A stretch of DNA of 64,000 bases from an uncultured Rhodopirellula sp. (GTDB lineage Bacteria > Planctomycetota > Planctomycetia > Pirellulales > Pirellulaceae). Made by a program: the position numbers and the translations under genes. Positions 28,542-39,184 of the stretch are shown piece by piece (the stretch's first letter is position 1; each line of letters starts with the position of its first letter). Under the pieces are notes generated by a model, which was not told the DNA's origin, did no database searches, and saw nothing but the letters and a program-made list of their open reading frames with translations. The stretch lies in contig CAXGAI010000006.1 of assembly GCA_964007735.1 (NCBI GenBank), positions 1-64,000 on the forward strand. The letters are read 5' to 3'.

Positions 28542-30722
28542 ATGAAACCTGAACATACACAACGTCAAACCGATGGCGAACAGCACCGTTCACAGCAGCT
28601 TAGCATGCAACCGACCGAGAGTCCGGCCGAACTACCCGGTTACGAGCTCGTTAGGCGGCTGGGATCGGGAGCATATGGCGAAGTATGGATTGGGGTCGAC
28701 AAGAATACTAACCGGCAGGTTGCGGTAAAGTTTTTCAACCACCAGTCCGGTGTTGATTGGCAGTTACTCGACAAAGAAGTCGAGAAACTGGTCTCGCTAG
28801 CAACGGCACGGCACGTTGTGCAACTTCTTGAAGTCGGCTGGAACCATGAACCACCGTATTATGTGATGGAATATCTTGAACAAGGTTCCGTGGATGAGTT
28901 CATTGAAAACAACTCCCCAATCGATCTCGAACAGTGTTTGCAAATGTTCGAAGATATCGCTATCGGTATGTCCCACGCTCACGCCAAAGGAATTTTACAC
29001 TGCGACCTGAAACCGGCAAATATCCTGCTTGATGCAGAAGGCCACGCCCGTCTAGCAGACTTCGGACAATCCCGCTTAAGTACCGATCAGTCCCCTGCGT
29101 TGGGAACCTTATTTTATATGGCTCCTGAACAGGCTGACCTCAACGCTGTACCGGACATTCGCTGGGACACCTATGGATTAGGAGCCATTCTATATACTTT
29201 GATCGAAGGTCGGCCACCTTACCGTAATCAACAGCGACTTAAAGACATTGAAAATGCGGGGAATCTGGAGCAACGGCTAAGTGCTTATCAAACGACACTG
29301 AAAGTAGCTCCCAATCCTGTCGAGCAAATGAAGCGTCCAGTCGATCCCGCACTTCAAACCATCCTGGAAAAGTGTCTCTCTACAGACCCCGAACAACGCT
29401 TCCATTCCGTCGGAGATATCCTCTCAGAATTAGAGCAGCGAAAGCTTGCCCGTGCTCGCCGTCCGCTAAACATTCTGGGACTGTTTGGTCCACTGTTTCT
29501 ATTGGCTTTGATGGTGCTGTTTGGTGGCAAATGGTACAAACAGGCCGTTGAAGATGCTGAACAGGCCGTGCGAGAACGAGTCTATGAAAGTAACGCCTGG
29601 GTTTCTCGCCACGTTGCACTATCGGTTGAAGAAGAATTACGCAATTACTATCAAATCATCGAATTTGAAGCCTCTCAGCGAGAATTACAAAACAAACTTC
29701 GAGCCGTACTCACTTCTCCTTTGTTGAAACAAATTCAAGCTGACCGTCAATCGTTTAACACTATCACTGAACAACAAAAAGTGTTTGTTGATCAAGACAT
29801 CAGAATCGTCTTAGACCAATATCTACAAGGCCGTCTAAACGTATACCTGGAACGCGTGCAAAGTGATGAATCCAATCCAAAATTAGCTAGCCTGTTCGTC
29901 ATCGGTGCTGAAGGAGATATGCTTTCGATTGCCTATGACGAGCCTGTTCAGACTCAATCGGTGGGTAGAAACTACTCATTCCGAACGTATTTCCATGGAC
30001 AGAGCGAAGATTTTCCGAGAGATACATCCCCACCGGGCATTACTCCCATTGCCTACACCCACCTGTCAGCAGCCTTTCAAAGTACGACCACAAAACGGTG
30101 GAAAATCGCCATCTCCACTCCAATCTATGCGGATGAATCTCAAACAGAGCTATTGGGAATCATTGCCCTGACACTCAACTTAGGTGACTTTTCCTATTTA
30201 CGAAGTGATCAAATTGAAAACCAATTCGCCGTCTTCATTGACGGTCGAACCCAGACCGCCAACAACCAGATTCAGGTGCAGGGCACCATCTTACAGCACC
30301 CGATCATGGATGAAATAGACAATCCGACGATTGAACCTTTCCGGATAAATGGCACCCAGCTTCAACAACTTCTGCAGGGTGAAAAGCAACTATACATCGA
30401 TCCCGTGGGACAAACGACGGTCCGACCCGAGTATGCCAAGTACGGTGGTGAGTGGATCGGCGTGATAGAAAACGTACGACTTCCGGGGCAGTCAGCGGCT
30501 GATTCCGGAGCTCCAATTGAATCCGACGTGGACCGCAAGCAAAGTGAATTGCTGATCTTGATTCAGGAGAGCTACCAAGATGCAACAACGCCCATTCGTG
30601 AACTTGGCGCGAAGCTGATCCTTGAAGGTATCATTACCGCGGTAATCTTACTAATTGCCGTAACGACTCTTTGGCTCTTTGTGCTACGACGGTTCTCGAC
30701 TGCACCATCCATCAAGACATAA
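28542..30722 (+). CDS. Membrane Ser/Thr protein kinase with periplasmic Cache-like domain
   Basis: GSGAYG, VAVK, HCDLKPAN, DFG and YMAPE; two TM helices flanking the RNYSFRTYF...AISTPI Cache-like region. Confidence 0.88.
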   Translation: MKPEHTQRQTDGEQHRSQQLSMQPTESPAELPGYELVRRLGSGAYGEVWIGVDKNTNRQVAVKFFNHQSGVDWQLLDKEVEKLVSLATARHVVQLLEVGWNHEPPYYVMEYLEQGSVDEFIENNSPIDLEQCLQMFEDIAIGMSHAHAKGILHCDLKPANILLDAEGHARLADFGQSRLSTDQSPALGTLFYMAPEQADLNAVPDIRWDTYGLGAILYTLIEGRPPYRNQQRLKDIENAGNLEQRLSAYQTTLKVAPNPVEQMKRPVDPALQTILEKCLSTDPEQRFHSVGDILSELEQRKLARARRPLNILGLFGPLFLLALMVLFGGKWYKQAVEDAEQAVRERVYESNAWVSRHVALSVEEELRNYYQIIEFEASQRELQNKLRAVLTSPLLKQIQADRQSFNTITEQQKVFVDQDIRIVLDQYLQGRLNVYLERVQSDESNPKLASLFVIGAEGDMLSIAYDEPVQTQSVGRNYSFRTYFHGQSEDFPRDTSPPGITPIAYTHLSAAFQSTTTKRWKIAISTPIYADESQTELLGIIALTLNLGDFSYLRSDQIENQFAVFIDGRTQTANNQIQVQGTILQHPIMDEIDNPTIEPFRINGTQLQQLLQGEKQLYIDPVGQTTVRPEYAKYGGEWIGVIENVRLPGQSAADSGAPIESDVDRKQSELLILIQESYQDATTPIRELGAKLILEGIITAVILLIAVTTLWLFVLRRFSTAPSIKT

Positions 30723-30728
30723 GCTACT

Positions 30729-32234
30729 TTAACCTGCGATCACATCCTTAATGACATGACCATGAACATCGGTCAATCGACGTTCAATTCCATTGTGGTA
30801 AAAAGACAGTCGTTTATGGTGTAAACCAAGCAGGTGAAGAATGGTGGCATGGAAGTCATAGACCGTCGCCACATTCTCTACAGCTCGATATCCGAATTCA
30901 TCGGTCGCTCCGTACTCAAAGGGTGCTTTGACTCCGGCTCCCATCATCCAAGCAGAAAAGCCTGACGGATTGTGATCGCGTCCACTCGCGCCGGCCTGGA
31001 ACGTCGGCATTCGGCCAAATTCAGTAGTCCACACCACCAGAGTATCTTCCAGCAGTCCACGCTGTTTCATGTCCGTTAATAAGCCGGCGACTGGTTGATC
31101 CAGAATCGGGCCATGTACGCTGTACTGGTTCTTCAGCTGCTTATGCCCATCCCAGTTACTCGTTCCTTCCCCGCCAGTCTGATACGAACCATTAAATAAC
31201 TGAACAAACCGAACTCCCTTTTCCATTAACCTACGAGCCAAAATACAGTTTTTCGCAAAGGACGCTTTCAAAGTATTCTGTGGGTCATCAGCTCCATACA
31301 ACTTCAAGATATGCTCAGGTTCTGTCGACATATCACCCACCTCGGGCACAGACAATTGCATTCGAGCGGCGAGTTCATAACTAGAAATACGAGCTGCCAG
31401 TTGAGTATCTTCAGGAAAACGTGCGAGGTGTCTTTCATTCAATCTTCTGAGAAAACTACGAGTTTTCAAATCGGTTTGAGCCGTGACTCCTTTTGGCGGA
31501 ACAAGATTTTCAATAGGTTTGGAAGCATTAAAGTCTGTCCCTTGAAAAGCTGCGGGAAGAAATCCTGCGCCCCAATTATTAACACTCGACTGAGGTGTTC
31601 CCCGTGGATCTGAAATGGCAACAAAAGCAGGCAAATCGTCAACTTCACTCCCCAGAGCATAAGTCACCCAGGCACCGATACTTGGAAAACCATCGAGAGT
31701 AAACCCTGTCGACATATAGTTTTCACCTGGGCCATGCGTATTTGTCTTACTTGTCAAGGAATGAATAAATGCCATGTCATCAGCATGTTCACCAATATGA
31801 TCCACTAAGCTGGAGATCATTTTTCCTGATTCGCCGCGAGGTTTAAATTCCCAGGGACTACGGGTCAAATTCCCCTGTTTTCCCTGAAAGGTCACGAGAT
31901 CATTTCCACCCGGCAACGGTTGGCCATCACGCTTAATCAGCTCAGGCTTATAGTCAAAAGTATCCAAATGAGAGCAAGCACCGGAACAAAAAATCATCAA
32001 CACTTTCTTTGCTTTCGGAAGAAAGTGGGAAGCCCGTCGTGCATTCGGATTCGCGGCTAGGACTTTTGGGCGAATAGGCTCACCTTCTGCCTCAACATCC
32101 TCTGCTAATATCTGGCTTTGATCTAACAAACCGGCAAGAGCTACAGAACTCAGACCATAGGCCATATTGCCGAGCGATGCTCGTCGGCTCAGCAAATGAC
32201 GACCTGCTAATTCTCTTGGATCAATATTACTCAT
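30729..32234 (-). CDS. DUF1501 domain protein, Tat-exported
   Basis: SRR signal; [27 protein letters not shown] and RLTDVHG motifs. Confidence 0.9.
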   Translation of the reverse strand: MSNIDPRELAGRHLLSRRASLGNMAYGLSSVALAGLLDQSQILAEDVEAEGEPIRPKVLAANPNARRASHFLPKAKKVLMIFCSGACSHLDTFDYKPELIKRDGQPLPGGNDLVTFQGKQGNLTRSPWEFKPRGESGKMISSLVDHIGEHADDMAFIHSLTSKTNTHGPGENYMSTGFTLDGFPSIGAWVTYALGSEVDDLPAFVAISDPRGTPQSSVNNWGAGFLPAAFQGTDFNASKPIENLVPPKGVTAQTDLKTRSFLRRLNERHLARFPEDTQLAARISSYELAARMQLSVPEVGDMSTEPEHILKLYGADDPQNTLKASFAKNCILARRLMEKGVRFVQLFNGSYQTGGEGTSNWDGHKQLKNQYSVHGPILDQPVAGLLTDMKQRGLLEDTLVVWTTEFGRMPTFQAGASGRDHNPSGFSAWMMGAGVKAPFEYGATDEFGYRAVENVATVYDFHATILHLLGLHHKRLSFYHNGIERRLTDVHGHVIKDVIAG

Positions 32235-32264
32235 ATTCTTACTCTGTCTTAACTACCTACCAAC

Positions 32265-35200
32265 TTAGTGAACGAACACAAATTCGTTGGCATTAAAAAT
32301 CGCCCGGCAAAACTGAACAAGCCCAGCTTCGCTTACGAAAGTAACTGCTTCCGCCACTTCCGATTCAGCGGGATAACGCCCAAAGGCCCTGAGAAGCACA
32401 TATTCAACCTGGCGGGCACGATCTTCCGGGAATTCCTTCTCTATGAAATCCGATAGAATCTCACATTGCTGTAAGACGAATGTGGAATTAAAAAGATTTA
32501 GAGCCTGAAGGGGAGTGGTTGACCGACTTCGTTTATCAACGACCTGACTAGCATCCGGACAATCGAAGACTCCGAATACCGCATCTTTTTCCTGGCGAAC
32601 TTTGGTCATGTAGATCATTCGTCGCCAATGTTCCGGGCCAAATTCCTTCAAGGGGAAATAGTGACGCACGTTTTCAGCTTGCACCTGAAAACCTGAAAAT
32701 CCCGTACCCCCCCTTCGTTTATCCAATGAACCGCTAACCTCCAGAATACTATCACGAATTACCTCAGCCTCCATGCGACGTGGTGGAAACCGCCAAAGCA
32801 ATCGACTACCAGCGTCCACAGACAAACCATCTTTTCTTGGGCTACTGGATTGCCGGTAAGTGGCTGAATGCATGAGCAGACGATGAACATGCTTAAGACT
32901 CCAATCATTCTCCATTAACTCTGCTGCCAGATAATCGAGCAGTCGGGAATGGGTCGGCAACGTGCCCGCCACCCCTAAGTCGCTCGGTGTATCAACAATG
33001 CCGGTACCAAAATGAAATTGCCATAAGCGGTTAACAATAACTCGCGCAGTCAGTGGATTTTCTTTACTACCAACCCACTCCGCAAAAGCTGCGCGACGCT
33101 GACCATCTGACGAATCCTGCTTTAATCCCAACGAACCAAACACCTCTAAAGCATCGGGCCCGACTGCCTCCCGGGGAGCATTAAAGTCACCACGGTATAA
33201 ACGATGAATCACTTCGGGGGTCGTGAATTGTCCGGCATAAACAACCGTTCTAGCACTCAGTTCCTCCAGTTCTATTTTATAGTTTTGCAGTCTTTTAAGA
33301 TTTGTTTCAGCCAAAGCACGTTGCGGTTCCGGCAAGTCAGTAAAACTATACTCCAGTTCGATTTTCGCATCCGTTTGATAAGGCACACGATCGCCACTGG
33401 AAGCAACCTGCTGCCAGTTCTCACCATCAAGCGACACCTCAATCTTGTACTTTGTCACCACTCTGTCGGTAAGTTTCCCTTCCCGATCACGTCCCCATTC
33501 AATCCTCGTAATACTTTTTGTGTCCGGTAGTTCTATCTGTGCCCAACCTTTTCCTGATTCATTTGAAATCCAGCTTTTCGCATTGCCATACAACCCGTCA
33601 TTAAGATGCTTAATCTGATGAATGGGATAACCCGGCAAATTACTTGAAGCCGTGGCTTTCGCTCCTAATGCTGCTAAACCAACATTTTCTTCGCCAGCGA
33701 AAACAGACAGCTCATCCAGACAAGGTTGTGAAGAAGAGCAGGCGGAAATTGTCATACGGACAAATTTCGCTTCGACATTTCTAATTAATTCTCTATTGAA
33801 ACTCGGAACCACTGCCTTTCGCAGTGCCGGACGAGTAGGTACCGTCGGATCATTCTCAGCGGCGGGTTCAAGCAGAACCACGTCCGTAGTAACAGCCTTT
33901 CCCGGGCTTTTGCGACGCAATAACAATGTGGAAGCGGGGTTTAGCTGATACACCCCGGCGTTATAAAGGCCACTCCATAACGGAACCTCCTGCTCGGGTG
34001 TCGAACCGTCAGCGAAAAGTAATTGATTTACTTCTGCAATCACCCTCTGATCATCCAGAGTTGCCAGATCTCCGTCATGATCCAAAACGTATTGCACGTC
34101 AACGGCATGGCTTTTCGGCCCGGCCCCCCAGGACAACCAAATTCGGTAATTTCCACGGGCCATCAGATGGTAGCGACCTAAATCCGGATGATCTTCATGG
34201 TCCCACCAAAAATAGGATCCACCGCTTATATTGGGAAGACGCTTCCGATCTCCGGCATCACTCTTTTGCCCGGGGCCAGTTCCTGCCGTATTGGTACCCG
34301 TGCCACGTTTCGGATGCAATTCCTCAAAACCCCTTACGCCTAATCGTCCTACCACCGACTCATCAATTTGAATCAAACTCGCCGAAGCCACGTCCACATG
34401 CTTTAATAATTGTGATTCGATTTTACGAACCTGAGAAGAAACAAATGATTGACGGGCAAGATGTTCCGGTGTCGGGGACACGGGTCTGTTACCATGCCGA
34501 ACGCCGGCAAAAATCGCCTGCATCGCATAGTAATCTTTCTGCGTGATCGCATCGAATTTATGGTTATGGCAACGAGCACAACCAATCGTCAGCCCCAGAA
34601 AAGTTGTTCCGGTTGCGTTGATATAATCTGCTAATTCATCCTGCCGCTGCATTTTGGTTAGATTTGGATCCGAACTCTTCACCAAATCATTGGGGCCGGC
34701 TACCAGAAATCCTGTCCCCACATCATTACCAAACTGGTCACCTGCAATCTGTTCTTTTACAAACTTGTCATATGGTTTGTCCGTATTAAAAGCATCGATT
34801 ACATAATCCCGATAATGAAAGGCGTTCGGGCGTTCCCGATTTACTTCGTAGCCGGTTGTTTCACCAAATCTCACTAAGTCCAGCCAGTGAGCTGCCCAGC
34901 GTTCGCCAAAGTGTGGACTATCAAGAACCGCCTCTACCAGTTCCGCATAAGAATCCTCTGCCGAAAACTGCTCCATCTGTTCGGGCGTCGGAGGTAAACC
35001 ATGATTAACAAGCGTCAATCTTCTAAGCAAATCAAGTGGTTTAGCAGTTTCAGACGGAGCCAGTCCTTTCTCTCGCAACTTTTGCAAGATGAAGTGGTCA
35101 ATAGCATTAACAGCCCAATCTGACTTCTGTGCTCTCGGAACTGTTGGTTTCCTTACCGGTTGAAAAGACCAATGATTTGTCGTAATTTTCGCTACTTCAG

Positions 35201-35606
35201 CCTGCCCCGGCCAGTCAACTCCCTGATCAATCCATGTACGAAGAATCGCAACTTCATCCTGACTTAACCCATCACCTTCCGCCGGCATCTTCAAATCGTC
35301 GTGCGTGCCAGCCACAATCTGAACCAAAAAACTGTCAGCGCCTTTACCTTTAATAATTGCCGGTTCGCCTAAGTCACCTCCACGTAAAAGAGATGCCTTC
35401 TGATCCACGCGTAAGCCACTTTCCTGAGTCTCCTCGCCGTGACATTCAATGCAATGACGTTCAAAGATCGGAAACACGTCTTGGGCGAATTCAATTCTCC
35501 GTTCCAGTCCGTCAGGTATCTTTTTTTCCTGTGCCTGCAAGACCAAGGATGTGAAAAGAACCGAGAAGCCGAGCCAGTAACGCATAATAATGTCGATGCG
35601 GGTCAC
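32265..35606 (-). CDS. Planctomycete cytochrome c / DUF1549 / DUF1553 protein with inserted discoidin (F5/8-like) beta-sandwich domains
   Basis: CIECH and CARCH haem motifs; HWSFQP, GERWAAHWLD, TARVIVNRLW, TTPLQAL and NEFVFV motifs. Confidence 0.88.
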   Translation of the reverse strand: MTRIDIIMRYWLGFSVLFTSLVLQAQEKKIPDGLERRIEFAQDVFPIFERHCIECHGEETQESGLRVDQKASLLRGGDLGEPAIIKGKGADSFLVQIVAGTHDDLKMPAEGDGLSQDEVAILRTWIDQGVDWPGQAEVAKITTNHWSFQPVRKPTVPRAQKSDWAVNAIDHFILQKLREKGLAPSETAKPLDLLRRLTLVNHGLPPTPEQMEQFSAEDSYAELVEAVLDSPHFGERWAAHWLDLVRFGETTGYEVNRERPNAFHYRDYVIDAFNTDKPYDKFVKEQIAGDQFGNDVGTGFLVAGPNDLVKSSDPNLTKMQRQDELADYINATGTTFLGLTIGCARCHNHKFDAITQKDYYAMQAIFAGVRHGNRPVSPTPEHLARQSFVSSQVRKIESQLLKHVDVASASLIQIDESVVGRLGVRGFEELHPKRGTGTNTAGTGPGQKSDAGDRKRLPNISGGSYFWWDHEDHPDLGRYHLMARGNYRIWLSWGAGPKSHAVDVQYVLDHDGDLATLDDQRVIAEVNQLLFADGSTPEQEVPLWSGLYNAGVYQLNPASTLLLRRKSPGKAVTTDVVLLEPAAENDPTVPTRPALRKAVVPSFNRELIRNVEAKFVRMTISACSSSQPCLDELSVFAGEENVGLAALGAKATASSNLPGYPIHQIKHLNDGLYGNAKSWISNESGKGWAQIELPDTKSITRIEWGRDREGKLTDRVVTKYKIEVSLDGENWQQVASSGDRVPYQTDAKIELEYSFTDLPEPQRALAETNLKRLQNYKIELEELSARTVVYAGQFTTPEVIHRLYRGDFNAPREAVGPDALEVFGSLGLKQDSSDGQRRAAFAEWVGSKENPLTARVIVNRLWQFHFGTGIVDTPSDLGVAGTLPTHSRLLDYLAAELMENDWSLKHVHRLLMHSATYRQSSSPRKDGLSVDAGSRLLWRFPPRRMEAEVIRDSILEVSGSLDKRRGGTGFSGFQVQAENVRHYFPLKEFGPEHWRRMIYMTKVRQEKDAVFGVFDCPDASQVVDKRSRSTTPLQALNLFNSTFVLQQCEILSDFIEKEFPEDRARQVEYVLLRAFGRYPAESEVAEAVTFVSEAGLVQFCRAIFNANEFVFVH

Positions 35607-35805
35607 TTTTTTATTCCATGTATTGTCGTGCCATGAGACTTTTCCAATCCCTATTTTAGTCTCTAACTACAAGGCAATTCCACTATCTACATTTAACAAT
35701 CTCACTCAACTCAAGAGGAAAATCGTTGGCGGCTAACGAAAGCCTAAACTTAAGAGTCGGTTAAAGTTAAAATAAACCACACGGATCAAAAGGAGTCCAC
35801 GTCTC

Positions 35806-37578
35806 ATGCCCTATCTAATAGCCCAAGGAAAACAGCCGCATCAGCGCTGGCGCCGACTTTTACCGGAAGGCATCGTGCTTACTCTTGGACGAACAACGCC
35901 CCGATGGAATGTCCCCTGGGACTCTCAGGTCTCACGAATGCACGCGCATTTACAACTTGAAGGTGATAGCCTGCAAGTTGAACGTCACGAGACCGCCAGA
36001 AATGCCGTTTACTATCAGGGCAAAGAACTCCAACAATTTGAGTTGCAACTCAACCAACATTTCGTGATTGGTGAAACGAGTTTTTCACTTGTGCCCTCGG
36101 AACTGGCAGCTTCCCTGATACCCGATTCACCGGCAGCAGAGCAGACGTTTATGCTGACGGATCTACACAAAATCCCATTCGAAGAAACCTCTCACCGGAT
36201 TGAGTTACTCAGTAAACTTCCCACGATCACAGCTTCTGCTGCCGATGAGCAGGAACTGCTATCAAAAATAGTCGACTGGCTGTTTCTCGGGATTAAACGT
36301 GCATCGGGTATCGCGTTGGTGCGGCAGATTATGCCGGAAAAGGGGGAAGTGGAAGTCATGCACTGGGATTACCGTGGCCGCAAAGACGCTTACTTCAGGC
36401 CCAGTCAGGCCTTGATTAATCAAGCCATTAAATCTGAGCTGAGCACCATTCATTTTTGGAATCAGGATACCGAGTCTGAATACACTGAATTACAGGGAAT
36501 TGACTGGGGATTCTGTATTCCGATGCAGGGAGATGCCTGTCAAAACTGGGGACTCTATATTGCTGGAAAAACAGATACCACTTCTAGATTAGGAAGTGAT
36601 TCTTTAACGCAATTTCAAATTAAGCAGGACATGAAATATGCAGAACTGGCATCGTCGACCCTGAGCCATCTACGTTCATTGAAAAACATGGAACGCCTAC
36701 AAGCGCACTTTCAACAATTCTTCCCGGATGTCGTGGTGGATGCACTACTAAGCGGCTCTTCCGAAGAATTATTAACACCACGCGAAGCTGACCTGAGCAT
36801 CATGTTTTGTGATCTCTCAGGGTTTAGTAACGCGAGCGAGGATTCAGCTGCGAATCTGATGAATCTGCTGCAAAGTACAAGCGACAGCTTATCACTAATC
36901 ACACAACAAATACTTGCTCAAGATGGAGTGATTGGTGACTTCCACGGTGATGAAGCAATGGGATTTTGGGGCTGGCCGGTAGCTGAAACTCCCGAGATAC
37001 ATGCGCGCAAAGCTTGTGCCGCAGCATTGGAGATCCTCACCTCCTTCCTTTCCAAAAGTGCCTTTGAAGTAACCATTGGTATCGCATCCGGCGTAAGTGT
37101 AGCCGGAGAGATCGGCTCGAATCACCAAGTTAAAGTTTCGGTCTTAGGCCCCGTGGTTAACCTGGCTTCCAGACTGGAATCCATGAATCGCCACTTTGGA
37201 ACGTCGATTCTGATGGATGAGAGAACGTCAGCATTGATCGGGGAAGAACTGCAGGAAGCGGTCGTCATACGGCTAGGACGTGTTCGACCTTATGGTATGG
37301 AAAGAGCGGTTCAGGTCTCAACGCTACTTGGCCGTGAAGACGCTACCGAGTTACTTCATCATTTGGAAAACTACGCCAAGGCTTTAGCGGCGATTGAAGA
37401 AAACAACCTACAACAGGCTCACAAGCTTTTACTAGAAATCACAGCAACTGAACAGCCACAATTAAAATTCGCCAATGTGCTGCTAGGTCATGTGGAACTG
37501 CACTTAACCCTGGCTAACAAAAGGAATATGGGACTCCAAAAATCAGAGCCTCATGTGATTCACCTAGCAATGAAGTAA
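35806..37578 (+). CDS. FHA-GAF-class III nucleotide cyclase
   Basis: FHA motifs LGR, SRMH and N; central GAF-like region; cyclase motifs MFCDLSGFS, HGD, IGIASG and VNLASRLE. Confidence 0.87.
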   Translation: MPYLIAQGKQPHQRWRRLLPEGIVLTLGRTTPRWNVPWDSQVSRMHAHLQLEGDSLQVERHETARNAVYYQGKELQQFELQLNQHFVIGETSFSLVPSELAASLIPDSPAAEQTFMLTDLHKIPFEETSHRIELLSKLPTITASAADEQELLSKIVDWLFLGIKRASGIALVRQIMPEKGEVEVMHWDYRGRKDAYFRPSQALINQAIKSELSTIHFWNQDTESEYTELQGIDWGFCIPMQGDACQNWGLYIAGKTDTTSRLGSDSLTQFQIKQDMKYAELASSTLSHLRSLKNMERLQAHFQQFFPDVVVDALLSGSSEELLTPREADLSIMFCDLSGFSNASEDSAANLMNLLQSTSDSLSLITQQILAQDGVIGDFHGDEAMGFWGWPVAETPEIHARKACAAALEILTSFLSKSAFEVTIGIASGVSVAGEIGSNHQVKVSVLGPVVNLASRLESMNRHFGTSILMDERTSALIGEELQEAVVIRLGRVRPYGMERAVQVSTLLGREDATELLHHLENYAKALAAIEENNLQQAHKLLLEITATEQPQLKFANVLLGHVELHLTLANKRNMGLQKSEPHVIHLAMK

Positions 37579-37585
37579 GAGTCCG

Positions 37586-38419
37586 TCACTCGGTAATCCG
37601 AGCGCCCATGGCTTTCAGTGCATCAAGTTGAGCCTTAGAACCATCAGCCAGAGGATTACCAGAAACATATAGTTTCCAAAATGGAGAGAATCGTTTCTGG
37701 CCTTCACTATCTGCTTTAGCCATATCCACTAAGATTGCCAAATCAGTTATCTTGTTGTCGTTTATGAAAAGGTACTTCAATTCGGTAAAACTTTTCAACG
37801 GTGACAAATCAGTGATTTCATTTCCTCGAAGATCGAGTGAAGAAACACGAGTTAAACCCGCAATCTGATCGAGTGAATTCAATTTATTGCCATTAAGATA
37901 AAGTGACCAAAGCTTCTTGTGTTCTGCAATGGGCGTCAAATCTGTCAATTGATTATCAGAGAGATAAAGCGAACGTAATGCAGACAATTCTTTAAGTGGA
38001 AGAATATCTGTTATCTGATTTCCGGATAGTTTGAGATACTGGAGATTTGTTAGAGTGGCCACCGGGGATACATCTGTAATTTGATTCTCTGCCAGGTTGA
38101 GTGACTGCAGACCTTTAAGATCTTTAATCGCACTGATATCTGTAATCTGGTTTTTGGAAAGCGAAAGCAGAGCGAGTGACCGGCATTTATCGAGTCCGGT
38201 CAAATCAGTGATCTCCGCACCATTACCTTCAATGCTCGAGATATTCTCAACATCCTGTTCGGTCAACGGCTCTTCGTTGTTGCGTTTTGCAAAAACATAA
38301 CGACGAACAACCTTCTCCAGACTCTTGTCCGGAAATATACTCTGCGCCATAACATCCTGAGAACCCAGGCAAACAATAATGGCAAAGAGAACAAGAATCT
38401 TATAGCTATTTTTCATCAA
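37586..38419 (-). CDS. Secreted leucine-rich repeat (internalin-like) protein
   Basis: About seven 22-aa LxxLxLxxNxITDxxP repeats; signal peptide ending VMA. Confidence 0.9.
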   Translation of the reverse strand: MMKNSYKILVLFAIIVCLGSQDVMAQSIFPDKSLEKVVRRYVFAKRNNEEPLTEQDVENISSIEGNGAEITDLTGLDKCRSLALLSLSKNQITDISAIKDLKGLQSLNLAENQITDVSPVATLTNLQYLKLSGNQITDILPLKELSALRSLYLSDNQLTDLTPIAEHKKLWSLYLNGNKLNSLDQIAGLTRVSSLDLRGNEITDLSPLKSFTELKYLFINDNKITDLAILVDMAKADSEGQKRFSPFWKLYVSGNPLADGSKAQLDALKAMGARITE

Positions 38420-38632
38420 GAGTGCTCCAGTACTCGTTGTTGACCATCAAAGTAGTAAAAAGTAATTCCATTACGCTGGAGGTTTTTCTACGACATCATC
38501 CGGCCGCATCAAAGCCTTAACTATTTTAAAGAGCATTCAATACGGCAATCAACCATATGAAGCCAAAGTGATTCAAAAAAACACGTCGTTTGGTGAAGTG
38601 CCTATTTTACATCATTTGACTGGGAACAAGAA

Positions 38633-39184
38633 CTAGATCGCAGCTTTCACTCCAACGTAGCTCAATCTGGCTTTCAAACAAGCCGCTTTGAAAGCTTCCG
38701 GACGCGATACACCACGAAGGCGAAGCACTTCTTTATCGCCAATAACAAATCTCAGATCACCGCAATCGTACCAACGATGGTATGGTTTGCTGTTGATAAC
38801 CTGAACATCATCGAATTCATCGAGTTCAACACCACCATGGACTTCAGCATTTGGTCCCCCACAAGCATCTTCTGCGATGATTTGCTGCGTGGTGATCCGA
38901 TAACGCTTTGGTTTCAAACCGAGTTTGTCGGAAATCCAACCAAGCACCGGAAGTTGACTAATCGGAAGGACTCGGCCGATATAGAGAGCTGCACACAGAG
39001 GTGCACTCAACAAAGCCAGAATATATCCGACGGACAGAAAACCGACGCCTATTCCTTTGGTGGATTCCAAAATGGATCCAATGATCTCCCCAATCCCCCC
39101 CGGAGCCTCGGAGATCGACGGGTAAACCGTCATAACGGTGGTTTCTTCGTCGAATGCAACAACACCAGCGATCGCCTGATTCAT
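38633..39184 (-). CDS. Hypothetical membrane protein, possible bacterial PH-like domain
   Basis: TM segment followed by RYRIT...CGDLRF, resembling bPH_2 domains. Confidence 0.6.
   Translation of the reverse strand: MNQAIAGVVAFDEETTVMTVYPSISEAPGGIGEIIGSILESTKGIGVGFLSVGYILALLSAPLCAALYIGRVLPISQLPVLGWISDKLGLKPKRYRITTQQIIAEDACGGPNAEVHGGVELDEFDDVQVINSKPYHRWYDCGDLRFVIGDKEVLRLRGVSRPEAFKAACLKARLSYVGVKAAI

Noticed and set aside
35806..37578. Pycsar anti-phage system
   Set aside because: FHA-GAF-cyclase architecture and no adjacent cyclic-nucleotide-binding effector gene
37586..38419. Internalin virulence factor
   Set aside because: Generic 22-aa LRR without anchor or Ig-like domains; such proteins are common in free-living planctomycetes
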